Positions 49,165 to 62,459 of a DNA stretch of 64,000 nucleotides are shown in pieces; the stretch's first letter is position 1; the number at the start of each line of letters is the position of its first letter. Made by a program: the position numbers and the translations under genes. Under the pieces are notes generated by a model. The model made no database searches. It was not told the DNA's origin and saw nothing but the letters and a program-made list of their open reading frames with translations. The DNA is from Hemiscyllium ocellatum (Eukaryota): contig NC_083417.1 of assembly GCF_020745735.1 (NCBI RefSeq), positions 64,046,001 to 64,110,000 on the forward strand, in the 5' to 3' direction.

Positions 49165-51810
49165 AATTGCTTTCAAGATAAATCTGCATTGAAATATATT
49201 TACAAGGTCGTACCATTATATACTTACTGTCATGCTGCGTCTACATTTTATCATGCACACGAATAGATTCCTTCCTTCTAGTTCCAACTTAATGCAATGT
49301 GCATTTTCTTTCAGAGAAAAGAACAGAAAATTGTATTTGAACTTCACAAGTTATGTCACAACGTCCGATTTTCATTCAGGGTGATCGTCCTGGTTTAGAA
49401 ATAAAGCATTTCCCTCCATAATCTGAGTGAAGCTCATTTCTCAATGACACGTACACAGCTGAGCTCTGGGTTGGCTTTCCATTTCATTTGGAAACTTATT
49501 GCGACTCTTTGCGTGTTCGAGTATAATCTTGTAGCTTCCATAATACACAACAGGCCGTTAACTTCAACTAAGAGAAGGGTTCTGAAAGAAATAATGAGAA
49601 GTTATTCGGGATATTATAAATTAATGAATGAGAGAACATGCTAAACTAATTACATCCTCGTTGTAGAAAATAAAACACATCAAATTGTTACTTTAATGTT
49701 TCAGGGTTTGTCAATTAATGCATGTAGGTTTTTGTTGTGAATCATTTCTTCTATTAATAAGTCTGGTGCCAGAAATGCTATAAATCAGAGTTCAAAATAT
49801 TGAGTTGAGTCTAAGTTGGGAGTAACTTGACTAATTTATTTGACCAGGCATTACTGCAGCTAGTGAGGGGAGGAAATTAGCCAACCAGGCCAGAAGATTA
49901 AATATATTTAGGGCCTGATTTTTAACTTTCTGTGGATGGACTCGAATTTGGGGAGAATATTTTTTGCGTTTTACAGTGAATACTATTACAGAATAATGCA
50001 TGCACGCAGAAAGGTAATTTCAACAGTCAGCAATTGAAACTGAACACTTAAGTTTTTCACTTTTACCTTTTATACAGCTTTGATTGACCGTTAATCCCGC
50101 AATGAATGTGTTCATCTGCAGGATTTCACATTCGTCATATTCCACTTTTCAGTAGATGATAGATTCACACTTATGGAAATTCCTGAATTCTCATATACCA
50201 ATGACTTATATAGCTTGTGCATAAAAGCAATAGAGAATCAGGCAGCTATGACATCAATTATTTCCATGTCAAAACTCCTACATTTATCATTGTGCTTTGT
50301 TTCTATGCCTCAACCTTATTATTTTGTGATCGATTGTAGCGAATATATCCGTTCGAAATTCCATGCAATCACATCTGGGAATTCTTGCTTTGTCGCTTCC
50401 CTCTGCTACTGTTTCAAGTAATATCTAGTTTCATTGAAGAGAAATCAAGAGCACTGCATTTCAAAAAAAAAGTCTGCCGGTTGCTCTTGATAAACTTGTG
50501 CTTGTAGAAGTTTTTGGAAATTTTTATCGAACGTGTGGCCGGGCCCATCAAATATAAATAAACAATTTTGTCATTACATATTTAAAAATAAATGTTGCTA
50601 CATTCGTTCAACATTCTTTTGAAAACTAGGTGATAGGTTCTTGAGAAGTGGAAAAAATAATGAGTAAACAACTAACTAAAGTTTCCGTCTTCTTTTGTTC
50701 CATAATAAGCGTTGCAAAATGTGAAGGCACGTTTGTGGGTTGTCGAGGCTAAGTCAAGAATATGACTTTATAACTCATTTCTGGTGAGCCAGTGCTAAGT
50801 TTAACTTACATGCTAATTGCAACACTCCGAAAATATAATGTTTGCAAAGCGATGGCTATTCCAACTCACAGTTCAATGCAAACATAGACGCAGATGTTTA
50901 TTTTAAACAGCAATTACGCTCGATATTTTTCATTATAAATGTCCCAAAACACATTATCAGATTGCAGTTGTAACCTGGTCACTTTAAAACTGGCTTACAT
51001 CATTCCAATCTTTTCACCGTTCAGTGTCACATGACATATAGATTTTACTCTTGCTAACTGTGTGACGAGGTCGAGAATAAACTGGACTCTTAAGTCCATT
51101 ATTTTTAGACGTGAAATGCAGGGCGGTGGATCCAGGGAAGTGTATCGAACTGAAAATATTATCTGAATTGATAGATGAAAGTTTCAGCAACTCTATTAGT
51201 GTACATCGATGACTGCACATTTTCAGAATGCTCACCTTACACAATGGAAGTATGGAGGCACTAAGACTGCATCCTGGGGAACTGTAAGACAATTGGACAT
51301 ACAACTGAGTTTCAGAGGTGTGCTAGCAACAGAAAATTCTCTCTTGTTTAATTAAGCAGAAACAAAGCTGCATATTTATTTGTATTGAAACTGTAGGCAA
51401 ATAGGCACGAGGCTATGTATGTGATATTAATGGATTTTCAAGCAAATAAGCAGTCGTTACTAATTTTGCAAGTTTAATTTATTAGTTTCCCAAACAATGG
51501 ATACATGTCCTGATCACCATCTGAATAATCTATTTCTCCATGACCTATTTATCCTCAGAGATTTTAGTTAAAGAACATTAATGAACCTGATGACTTTTCC
51601 CAACAATTGACAATGAATTTATGGTAATCATCAGACTTTTAATTGAAGATTGTTTAACATTGAATTAATATATCACAATCGGCCATAACAGGATTCAAAG
51701 CCGGGTTCACGGAATTACCTGTGTTTCTGAATTAACTGTCCAGCGATAAGAAGATTATGCCATTGCCTCTCCAGATATTTGCGCAGATGATCTTTGCGTG
51801 GTAAATTCGT

Positions 51811-52091
51811 GGGCGGCACGGTGGCACAGTGGTTAGCACTACTGCCTCACTGCGCCGGAGACCCGGGTTCAATTCCCCACTCAGGCGACTATTTGCACAT
51901 TCTCCCCGTGTCTGCGTGGGTTTCCTCGCACAATGATGTGCAGGTTAGGTGAATTGGCCAGGATAAATTGCTTCTAGTGTTAGGTAAAGGGGTAAATGTA
52001 GGGGTATGGGTGGGTTGCGCTTCGGTGGGTCGGTGTGGACTTGTTGGGCCGAACGGCTTGTTTCCACACTGTAAGTAATCTAATCTAATCT
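51811..52091 (+). mobile_element. tRNA-derived shark SINE with Pol III A and B boxes
   Basis: A box TGGCACAGTGG at 51822-51832, B box GGTTCAATTCC at 51866-51876, (TAATC)x3 tail; two internal deletions. Confidence 0.92.
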
Positions 52092-53184
52092 TTAAGTGTC
52101 AAACGTATTGTATCTGTCAGGTGTCATATGCAGACCAGAGCAGGTAAGGACAGCCGATTCCCTTTCTGAAAGGATACTCGTGAACCCGATGATGTCTAAA
52201 ACAACTAAAAATGTCTACGTGGAAGCTGTTGGCTAGCTTTTTATTGAATTCAAACCCCTGCCTCCAGAACATTAATGTCGGGTTCTGGTGACTAGCTCAA
52301 TGACATTATGACGACACCACTACATCCCCATACACTACAGCATTACAAAATTATTTCTTGGTGTTACGATCATTCGCTCCAGAGCAGTCTCTCGGCATCA
52401 GGGCACCGGTCTTTCAACTGTTTATATAATGTATTGATTGCTAAATAAACAAATTGGGTCTGGAAGTGCAGTTAAACCATGCAGCATGGGCAAACCATTT
52501 TTTGTCTGAGCCATTTCAAATCGTAGTTTTGCACTTAATGTCAGATGCCATGGACTTATCTTGCAGTTCGTGCATGGAGCAGATCAGATGGTTATGCGGG
52601 AGAACATACAATCTTACAACCCATTAAGTCATTGGAGAGAATAATATGTGAATGACGTATAGGTAACTTCAGTTTTCACTGACTTAGTATTATATCCAAG
52701 ATGAAAAACATACATGGGTAATGTAGCTGTCAAACCTGCAAGAAAGTTAAGTGGATTGTTAGATTTTAGGCCATTTGACTCCATTGAATTTTATTTATGT
52801 TCAACTCACTGTTTGCCAATGTTTAACTGTGGTTAGGTAGTTGGGCCTTGGGTCACGCTCTGTTGTGTTGTGTTGGCAGATGGATTTAGCTGGAAGGCGT
52901 TATTGTTTATGAGTCATCTTCAGGGTTCTAACAAATGTAACAGTATTGCTCCATAAGAAGAATAACGGCATGTGACGTCGCAATTTTGCTATGTGGTATT
53001 GAGATGCTGTTGATGTAAATTTGTGGTATGATCTTCCTGATTGCACATAAATGTTTAAACTGTGTCAAACTTCTTGAAAATTCAAATAATTTATTTCATA
53101 TCAGAATTAGAAGCAAGACTATTTTACTTAGAATCTCAAATTTGACCCATCATTCTATAATGTCATGGCTGTTCTGATTACAAT

Positions 53185-53309
53185 CCTGAAGAAGGGCTTA
53201 TGCCCGAAACGTCGAATCTCCTGTTCCTTGGATGCTGCCTGACCTGCTGCGCTTTTCCAGCAACACATTTTCAGCTCTGATCTCCAGCATCTGCAGACCT
53301 CACTTTCTC
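53185..53309 (+). mobile_element. Young Penelope-like terminal fragment with a 16-bp target-site duplication
   Basis: ctgttctgattacaat at both 53169-53184 and 53310-53325. Confidence 0.8.
53186..53218 (+). ncRNA. Minimal type I hammerhead ribozyme motif
   Basis: CTGAAGA-A-GGGC-ttat-GCCC-GAAA-C-GTC-gaatc: complete core, 4-bp helix II and palindromic ACGT helix III. The 5' arm of helix I is truncated by the insertion junction. Confidence 0.7.
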
Positions 53310-53399
53310 CTGTTCTGATTACAATGTCAACTGTATATTCTCGACTACAGTTCACAAGCCTTCTTTCCATTGTTTATTAAGAATCAACCTATGCCTTAA

Positions 53400-55400
53400 T
53401 ATTATACAAATAGTCTGCATCTACCACTTTTTGAGGAAGGGTTGGAAAGACCTACGACAATATGTGGTATAATGAATTCCTTATCTCTGTTCTAAAAGGC
53501 AACTCCTGTTAAAAACGTGTGGCCTCCAGTTCGAGAATTTCCACGAGAGGAAGGTTAATGTTCATGACCACCGTGTAAAGACTCATCAGGATCCTATGTC
53601 TCAATTAAGTCACTTTTTCTCTTCCAAATTCTAGAGGACATAGTCTTAACGGTGACAATGTAACCCACACATTCCTGGTATCTTTCAGCGTTACCCTCAT
53701 CCCTTTTTTATTATTGATGAAAAACTTACACATCTGCCTGACCAGCTGTGCTTTTCTACCACCACACTTTTCAACACGCATTCTTGATATCATCTCTGGT
53801 TAAGCTTCTCCAACTGTTTCTAAAACAACTACATGCTTCCTTAATATAAAATGAGACCAATGCTGAATATAGTACCCCAGACATGTTTTCACCAATTACC
53901 TGCATAATTTTACGAGGTTCTCACTACTTTTGCGTTCAATACCACCTCATCATAAATGCTGAAATGCTATTAGATTTCATAATTGCTTACTGCACCTCCA
54001 TACTAACCTTCACTTTTTGCTGACTTGGAAGATGTGACATCGATTGCAGGCCAGCATTTATTGCTGCTCCCCAGTTGCCCTTGCTGTGGTTTAACTCATA
54101 ATGTAATTAGGGAGGCAATTCCAAGATTTGGATCCAACAACAGTGCAGGAATGGTGATATATTTCCATGGTCAGAATGGTGAATGGATTGGCAGGACTCT
54201 TGACAATGTTGGTGCTCCCACGTATATTCTTGTTCTTCTAAATGGAACCGTTCATGCATTTGGAAGATGCTATCTGAAGATCGTTGGTGAATTTCTGCAT
54301 TGCATCTCATAGATAGTACATAATGCCACAATTGAACATCAATGGAGCCATTGGAATGGATTCCTTATCTCTGCCCAAAGTTACAACTCCTGCTTATATA
54401 CTCCAGCCTCCATTTGGAGAGTCACCCGTGAAAGGAGACATAATGTCCACATTCACTCTGTGAAGACTCTTCAGGATCCTGTATATCTCAATCAAGTTAC
54501 TTTTTGCTCTTACAAATTCTAGATGATATAAACTTAATCAATTATGCAAAGTGCACATTCCTGGTATTATCACTAGTAAAGCTTCTACAACCGTTTCCAA
54601 TGCAATTTATGTTTCCTTAAAACATAAAAAGACCAGTACTGAACACTTTAATTCAGATATGTTCTCAACAATGACCTGTACAATCGAAACATAATCTCGT
54701 TACTTTTGTAAACAATTTCCCTCACTGTAAATGGTGAAATTCCGTTACATTTCATATGTAATTACTGCGCCTTCCTACCAATTTTTTATTTTTATTATTT
54801 TGGAATGTGGGTATCGCTGGCTGGCTAGAATTGATTGTTGCTCCCTTCTTGCCCTTGAACAGTAAATGGTGAGTTGCCTTCTTGAATTTCTACAGTGCAC
54901 CTCCTGCAGATTGACCCACAATGCCATGGGGGGGGGGGGGGAATTCCAGGATTTTGATCCAGCGACAGTGAAGGAATTGCGATATATTTGCAAGTCAGGA
55001 AGGTGAGTGGCTTAGAGAGATCTTTAACGTGGTGGTGTTCCCATGTACCTGCTGCCCTTGTTCTTGGACGTGTCCTTGGTTGTGTGTTTGGAAGGTGCTA
55101 TCTGAAGATCTTTGGTGAATTCTGCAGTGCCTAGTGCAGATAGCATGCAGTGCTGCTCTACGCGTCGGTGGTGAAGGGAGTGGATGCTCTGTCCTGGATG
55201 GTTTGAAGCATCTTGAATATTGTTGTAGCTGCACCCATCGAGCTAAGTGGGGACTACTCCAACACACTCCTGATTTATGCTTTTTAGATGATGTAGGGAG
55301 TAACTAAATGATTTACTGTCCATAGTAATCCTAGCCTCGGACCTGCTCTTGTAGCCACTATATTTATGTGGTGGGTCCTGTTGAGTTTTTGCAATGAATG
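53400..55400 (-). mobile_element. Two consecutive CR1-fragment plus L2-like-fragment units
   Basis: CR1 53400-54015 / L2-like 54020-54345 / CR1 54346-54780 / L2-like 54790-55400. Confidence 0.6.
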
Positions 55401-56932
55401 CATTAAGACACACAGTTATTCAGTGTCTCAGAACTTTGTAAACTCTCACCATTTCGAAAATATACTTTATTTTCATTCCTTAGGACGAAATTTTGCATTT
55501 TCCACGTTATATTCAATTCTCAAATTGTTTCATAATCATTAAAACACTTGTTAGCAGAAGGATGTTTTGTCCAATAGAACATTGCCTCTAAACCAGCTTA
55601 CCTTTAGACCTGGTTATTTCAGAGAGAGGGCCAATCACTGTAAATGGGGGTTAGTCTGGGTGACCTGAAATTAAGCTACTGATTTAAGACCTTTAATTGC
55701 AGCATTTATACTTTTGTTAAAGCTTTGCCAAAACACAGTCAAACTTCTACTGGATTTATTTCAGTGAGTTTAGTTGCATGGCAAGGGTTGAAGTTAGGAT
55801 GCAGGTTAAGCTAAAACATTTGAACACGATACTTAATTATAAAAGTCACTTCCTGCAACTCAGTTCTGCCAACTATAAATCCATGATTCTCTGTACAGAA
55901 ATCTAATTGTTTCTTGCTTCAATCAGGTTCTTTAAAGGACTACATTTCATTTTATTTGAAATAAGCGTAAGAAAGTGCATAAATTGTAAACTATAAGATG
56001 CATGGTGCATACTAAGTTGCTTTTATATAATACCGCAATTAATTCCACAGCAGTCGCCATTTCTAACAGCAATGAATTATGTCAAGACAAAACACTTCCA
56101 GAATTGTCAGGAGGCCATTTTTAAAGATTAGCTCATTAACATGTTTATGTTTCAACTATAGAAAGCGACTTCTTTAATGGAATCATTGCAGAAGATTGCG
56201 CTATTGGCGAAGGTTTTCATGGGTGAAATGGATAAACGCACTTAATAGTTTTACTCATCTCCAAACTAAATCATGTGCTGAAATAGTATTTTCCCTTCAC
56301 CTGGTCTGAATTATCTGGCAATCTCAACAGAAATATTGGCTGTAACTCCCAAGAGCAATTACTGCAGATCTTGAATGATTCCAACTTGGAAGACAAAAGC
56401 AAACATGACAATAGAAATGAATTCTCGATTGACAATGACTTTTTTCCTCATTTCATTCCCTGGTATTTTCCCATGTGATGCATTACTGTCAGCACTGTTT
56501 CGAATTATTTTCCTCCTTTTGCCCTAAATATATCAATCAGGGTACTCAACCTAATTTCTGCACTTAGTTAAGTTTAAGATTCCTCCGTCTAACGATTTCC
56601 AAAGCTTATTCGTTTTCTGCTTCCCCTCGTATTGGTCTTGGATTTTTTTCTTAAATATTCTATTCTGAACAAGAATTGTCTCCTGGTTTATATTGTTTCC
56701 ACCATTCACCTTTTCGCTGCAACGACAAACATATTCTACGGTTCCAGAATGTGAATTAACTTAAGTACTGAGCATTGCAGCTGCGCCTGTCACAACTAGC
56801 TGTCAAATAATCACGTTAAGATTATAAAGGTTAACTGATTCAAGTACGTGATTAACATGCGGTCCTGATGTACAAAGAACGCACGCCTCCATTTCCCGCT
56901 CAAACTCGAACAATGACGTTACAACCACAGAC

Positions 56933-56981
56933 ATGAACCTCCAACGGCATTGCCTCACACTACTTATTAGGTTACACAGTG
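56933..56981 (+). CDS. Gene C exon 1, candidate leader MNLQRHCLTLLIRLHS
   Basis: ATG with phase-1 donor G|gtattt 211 nt before the V exon. The hydrophobic core is weak. Confidence 0.5.
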
Positions 56982-57192
56982 GTATTTTTCGCCAAATACT
57001 GTGTCTTTCGTGTTATCTTCTAACTTCAAGAACCATTTGTTGATATGGCGGTGAAAACTGTGCTTCAAAGTATACAGCTCATAAAGATCATTTTCATTGG
57101 TATTTTCCAGAATTCGCTCTTTGTCTTTATGTTTGTCTCATGTTATCTCTCTAAATCTTCCTCAGTGTTTTACAAACACTTTTCTCTTACAG

Positions 57193-57507
57193 TTGCTGCC
57201 GATGTTCCTGTTGAAGTGTCCCAGATCCCCGAACGTATCTATGCCACAACTGGTACAAACATGACATTCTATTGCACGTTTTCTGTTTTTCAAGACAAAC
57301 AGGCGATCATTTATTGGTGGAAACTTGGTGAAAATGAATTCATTCAGACTGGATCAGACGACAGGAAACGACTTTCCATCGAGAAAGGAAGAGCCTCATT
57401 ACAACTCCAGAATGTCAATGTCCAAGACTCTGGAGTCGATTATTGCAGACTGACATGCCCGGGAAACAGAGCCGCAAATGGAAGTGGATCAACACTTGTC
57501 GTCCGTG
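57193..57507 (+). CDS. Gene C exon 2, V-set (VJ-type) domain
   Basis: Acceptor tttctcttacag, donor gtaaga. MTFYC...IYWWK...SLQLQNVNVQDSGVDYC...ANGSGSTLVV; open frame, but the tyrosine-corner Tyr is replaced by Asp (GAT at 57438-57440). Confidence 0.92.
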
Positions 57508-57734
57508 GTAAGAGATGTTCAATGGAGTAGACTGAAAGTTCTCACGCTTATTACAATTAGAAAAATGTAATTGGCATCACGTTTTTCTCTTCCTTGAGAG
57601 TTCCATTAATGCTTAAATTAGAAAATAAATGTTTCAAAAGAAATATTTAATTATGAATCAGATGATATACCTCTACATCGAGGTTCCACGATCTTGATTT
57701 CCTAACATTGTTTCGATTAGTTCATGCACGAAAA

Positions 57735-58050
57735 CTCGCACAGATCAACTAATCTGCGCATCTTTGGACTATTTAAGGAAACTAAAACACCCAGAGTAAA
57801 CCCATAGAGACACGAGCGAACGTGCAAACTCCACACAGTCAACTAACCATGGTTAATGTTTTGGTTTCTTCCCATAGCCTCAAATGTGCAGGATATGTGA
57901 TTTGACAATGCTAAATTATCCAGTAATGACCAGAGATATGCAGGCTAGTAGGATAGGGTAGAGGACTGGTTCTGGGTAGTGTGCTCTTTGGATGGTCGGT
58001 ACACTCTTGATGGACCGAATGGCCTCTGTATACACGGTAGACATGATTCT
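57735..58050. mobile_element. Two old, oppositely oriented SINE fragments in gene C intron 2
   Basis: 57735-57845 matches the SINE minus strand; 57862-58050 matches the plus strand. Confidence 0.6.
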
Positions 58051-59664
58051 AAGCGTTTCCATGTCATTCAAGTATGGATATTGAGTGGAGAATTACTTGA
58101 ACATTGTTTAGTATAGGAAACATTTGCAAGTATTAAACTTGTTTTTAATGACTGTCTAAACAAAAACAGTCAAGGTAAAAGTCGTTTAAATGTATTTGAA
58201 ATATAATTTCAATCAAAACAGGATGTCCAAATTTGCTGCATGTGATCAGCTTTGAATGTTGTGTGCCAGTTTTTCTGCGGTAAAATAAAAGGAAGTCTTT
58301 GATGTTGCAAATTCTTTTTCCACATTATTACGTATTTTAAAGTGTTAGTTAACTATAGCTGACATAATGGCAAAATGCTTTAAAAGCAGAAATCTGAACC
58401 TACCAGATAATTAGTGATAATGCTTGGTGGATACATGTTGACCAAAAAATTGGGACAATCACAATTAACTTGTCTGAACTATACTAGAGGATATTTTACT
58501 TTCATTGAAGAGGTCAGAATGGGCTTTGGTGTATTCTCCTGGATGGACGGGTTGCTTTCCATTGCAGCGCTCTCTCCGTACGATTCTAAAGGATTGTCCT
58601 TGATTGTTTCTCCAAATCTATTGAGTAGAGCTTGGAGCTGACACCCGTCTTGGAGTGAAGCGTGTTTCTACGTGCTATGAGAACATGGTGTTTTCCAGCT
58701 CGAAGAATCAAACACTCCGCTGTTTGGTCGCATTTGCAGTTTTCAGTCGATTTGGTCAGTTTTTGGTGGGCTAACGCAAGACGTTGAATCACCTCAAATC
58801 CCTTCAGAAGCAGAAAAAAACTTAATAACGAATGTAATTACTTGTTTCCTGAATTTTGTAAAGTCTATTTGCCTCAGTTTTAATCTCTGATATATCTCCC
58901 ACTCTGAAGTAACTCGTGAAAATTAAGAACATCTTTATCTAATTCCCTGACTGAGACTATAGAGTTCTCAATCATGTTATGCCTCCCATGTTTATTTCAG
59001 CAACAAGATGGATTGTGGCTTTGAGGCGACAATTCCTCTGCTCACTGTAAGTAGCCACACAGACTGAATATATTCTGGAAGTTTCCTCTGATCACATATT
59101 GATGGCGTATTGAAGTTGGCCAAAAGGAAAGTTATCTCATCTTCACTACCGTGGCATCCTGAAATTCATTGAACATTCTTTAATTTGTTTTCTGCCTCAT
59201 CAGGTGATGCAGGAAAGATAAATTTGGAGATCCAGGGAAAATTGAAATAAATTTCGAAATCCAACCCCACTCGCAGGTTGCTATGATCCGAATACGCTAT
59301 CTGGAAGGCCATTAGAATCAGGTTCAATAGGAACTTCAAAGGGCCGTGGATCAATGCTTGAACCTGATAATTTTCACAACGAAGGGAAAGAACAGATATG
59401 AGAACATTATTGCATAATTCTTCCAAGAAAGCAGCGTGGCAGGATAGACCAAAATAGCAGGTTTGCTGTAGCATCCTATGATTATATAGAAGACCATAAT
59501 TGATAGACACAGCATTCACTTCACCTTTACCACTCATGCTATTTGCTGTTATTTGCCGTTATAGTCTATCCAGAATAATTGAAAAGGGTCCACCATAAAA
59601 TGGACGCCATTCTAATTTGCAGACCAGACGAGATTGTTAACTTCCTTGTTCGTTGTTTCACCAG

Positions 59665-59977
59665 CTTCTCCAACTCCATTGAGGATTGTTTCCCGTCCCT
59701 CTGAAAGTAATGCACAAGTTCTTTGTCTTTGGCATGTGAAATGGATTTGGTTTTCCTGGACGGTCTGACTGTCACTTGGTACAAAAATAATCGAAGCATT
59801 GAGAATGGGATAAATACGACCACGAAACAACTCAGTGGTGCAGGGCTGTATAAAATTTCAAGCTATTTGGAAGAAGCACGGCCTATCCAAAAAGAACTGT
59901 TCTTGTCTGTCTGATGTCTCAAGCGACCCTACAGATTCCAGCCATGGCCATTTACTTGGTCCCTATTTCTCGTCTAG
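59665..59977 (+). pseudogene. Gene C exon 3, frameshifted C1-set domain
   Basis: 313 nt, not a multiple of 3. ASPTPLRIVSRPSESNA / SSLSLACE...LTVTWYKN...GLYKISSYLEE / RTVLVCLMSQATLQIP lie in three different frames, with shifts near 59712-59716 and 59889-59893. FYP has become VFL and YxCxVxH has become LVCLMSQ. Confidence 0.88.
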
Positions 59978-60149
59978 GTAAGATTCTACGCTCAGCAAAC
60001 ACAAAAACAAAAATCGTCAGATAGAGTCTGACACAAAAGCTCAGAACGTACTCGCACAATCCAATTTTTCTGCGTAAAATCTCACAACCTATCATCTGTA
60101 ACGAGGAGTCATGCTTGATCAACCAAATTTAATTTTGCAAAGAGGTGAA

Positions 60150-61290
60150 CATATGTGCAGATAACAACAATGCTTTTGATACACTCTATGCCGATTTCAG
60201 CTATGTTTTTGATGCAATCCACACGGGAAAGTGGAAGAAAATATAGCAGATCATGGGATCCAAGGAAATTTGTCAAATTGGGTCCATAATTGACTGAGAA
60301 GCAAGGAGCAGATAGTTATGGCTGACAGGCGTTTTTTCTATTGAAAACCTGAGTTCAGTGGGGACCTGATGTTAAGCCACTGCAGTTTATGTTTATATAA
60401 ATGATTTAAACTTTAATGTATGAGGGTTGATCAATAAGTTCACAGATAATACAAAAAAGACGGTGAATGGTAAATATTAAGTAAGATTACTTTACATTAC
60501 ACGAGGATATGGACGAACTGGTCAGATGAGTTGATCAGTGAGAAGTGGAACTCAATCCAGAAAAATGCATGTTGATGTAATAGGACAGGACAGAATACAT
60601 GGTAAAAGGTGGTACCCTAGGAAGCATCGAGGATCAGATGGTATGCTTGTTATGCTTATACACTAGCCACTTAAGTTTCAGGGCAGCGAATGATGAATTG
60701 ATTAAGAAGGCATTTGGTGTATTTGCTGTTGATAAAAAAGGCGTAAATTTAAAAACAGGGAAGTTATTTTGGAACTCTAAAATTGTTCATTCGCCACAGC
60801 TAGTGTATGATATGCAGTTCTGGATTCCACTTTATGGGAGGGATGTCATCGCACAGGAGGCGATGCAGAGAAGATATACCAGGATATTACTTGGACTGCA
60901 GAGTTTCAGTAATGAAGACAGACTGGGATGTTTTCTTAGAGCAAGTGAAATTGAGAAGGGACTTGACTGAGATTTATAAAATTAGGAGGGTACAGATAGG
61001 GTAAAAGGAGAAAGAAACTGGTCCAATTAATGGAGTGATCACTGAATGGGGGTAGGGAGAGTGAGTGGAGCAAATAGATTTACGCTAAGAAGCAGAAGGT
61101 TTAGACCAGACGTAAGTGGGAAAAGGCGTTTTCGACAGAAGGTGGAGGAAATTTGGAATTCAATGACTGTAAATGTGGTAGAGATAGAAATCCTCATAAA
61201 ATTTAAGAAGTATGTGGATGTATATTGTACTTGCAAAAGCACATGACACTTTGGGTCAAGTGCTGGAAACTGTGATTTTAATAGTTAAGT
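60150..61290 (+). mobile_element. Degraded CR1 (RT to 3' end) in gene C intron 3
   Basis: KFTDNTK, MQFWIPLYGRDVIAQEAMQRRYTRILLGL motifs. Confidence 0.75.
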
Positions 61291-61714
61291 AGTTATCCCT
61301 TACTGGCATGAACACATAAGCCTTCTTTTATTTTGTGGATCTCAATAACTGTATGGCAACACCACATTTCATTGTTTGCTGCTGAATGAGTCGGTGCTGG
61401 GAATTATACTGCAGTAATAACCATGGAAACTAGCATTACCTGAGTTTAAAAAATCTGTTCAGTATAACAAGTGCTTCACCCTAGTCATAATTTCCAGAAC
61501 AGTCAGGTTCGCAATTTTTGGCAGACCATATCCTTTGAATTAGTTACATCAAGACATACCTAACATAATAAAACTCCACAAAGGCATGCTTGGATAGAAT
61601 TCCACATGATGACAAAGAGGAGTACAACTTGAAGCAATTAACTCGTTAAACATCGAAAAATAGGTCAATTGTCATATATAGCACCATTTCTGAAAGTGAG
61701 TATTAATTTTGCAG

Positions 61715-61831
61715 ACGATGACAACATATTTCCCACTTATTTACGGATCTTTGGATGTGCAGGATTTGTACTGATGTTTTTGGCACTGCTGGCTATCATT
61801 AGAATGTGGCACATATTCAGTAACCACAAAG
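61715..61831 (+). CDS. Gene C exon 4, stalk plus TM
   Basis: Acceptor taattttgcag, donor gtaaga. DDDNIFPTYLRIFGCAGFVLMFLALLAIIRMWHIFSNHK. Confidence 0.87.
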
Positions 61832-61971
61832 GTAAGATATCATACTCTCATTTAACGGAAACCATTCAAAAACTAACAGAAGTTGTGAAATACAATATTG
61901 CTTTAATATTGGTATGAGTGTAAACGTACTTTTTTCTCAGTTTTTGCTTCTTTTTACACCTAAGTGTACAA

Positions 61972-62225
61972 TTCACACCTCAGGTGACTGACTGTGTGGA
62001 GCTTGCACATTCTCTCCGTGTCTGCGTGGGTTTCTTCTGGCTGCTCCGGCTTCCTCCCACAATCCAAAATTGTGCAGGTTAGATGAATTGGCCATGCTAA
62101 ATTGCCCATAGTGTTAGGTGAAGGGTTAAGTGTAGGGGAATGGGTCTGGGTGGGTTGCACTTCGGCGGGGCGCTGTGGACTTGTTTGCTGAAGGGCCTGT
62201 TTCCACACTGTAAGTTTTATAATCT
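61972..62225 (+). mobile_element. 5'-truncated shark SINE in gene C intron 4
   Basis: Body colinear with 51860-52091. Confidence 0.85.
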
Positions 62226-62459
62226 AAAAAGTCGGAAGTCTGCTTTCGGGGATCTGTGTGATTAAATACACTAAGAGAAACATTTATCCAATATTTTGTT
62301 CCATGTTATGGACAGAAATTGAGTCAGTAATTTTGCTCCCATTTGCCAAACAATGGAAGAGTAGATATGACTTACTTTGCCCTGACTGTAAATTGATATT
62401 TATTATATATTACTTGCGGAATCATTGCTTGCAATGACATGTGAAATTTTGTGTTTTAG

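Noticed and set aside
51811-51880. tRNA gene
   Set aside because: The A and B boxes belong to the tRNA-derived head of a SINE; there is no full cloverleaf and it is followed by the SINE body and tail.
57045-57192. Hydrophobic N-terminal part of ORF 57045-57530 as a signal peptide or TM
   Set aside because: It is the T-rich intron upstream of the V-exon acceptor at 57191-57192.
29270-57507. Rearranging TCR or Ig gene segments (V plus C1 initially suggests an antigen-receptor locus)
   Set aside because: Each V exon already contains its J-like strand and ends at a splice donor. No heptamer-spacer-nonamer RSS flanks them; CACTGTG at 29289-29295 has no nonamer at 12 or 23 bp. The tails carry ITIM/ITSM motifs, unlike TCR chains.
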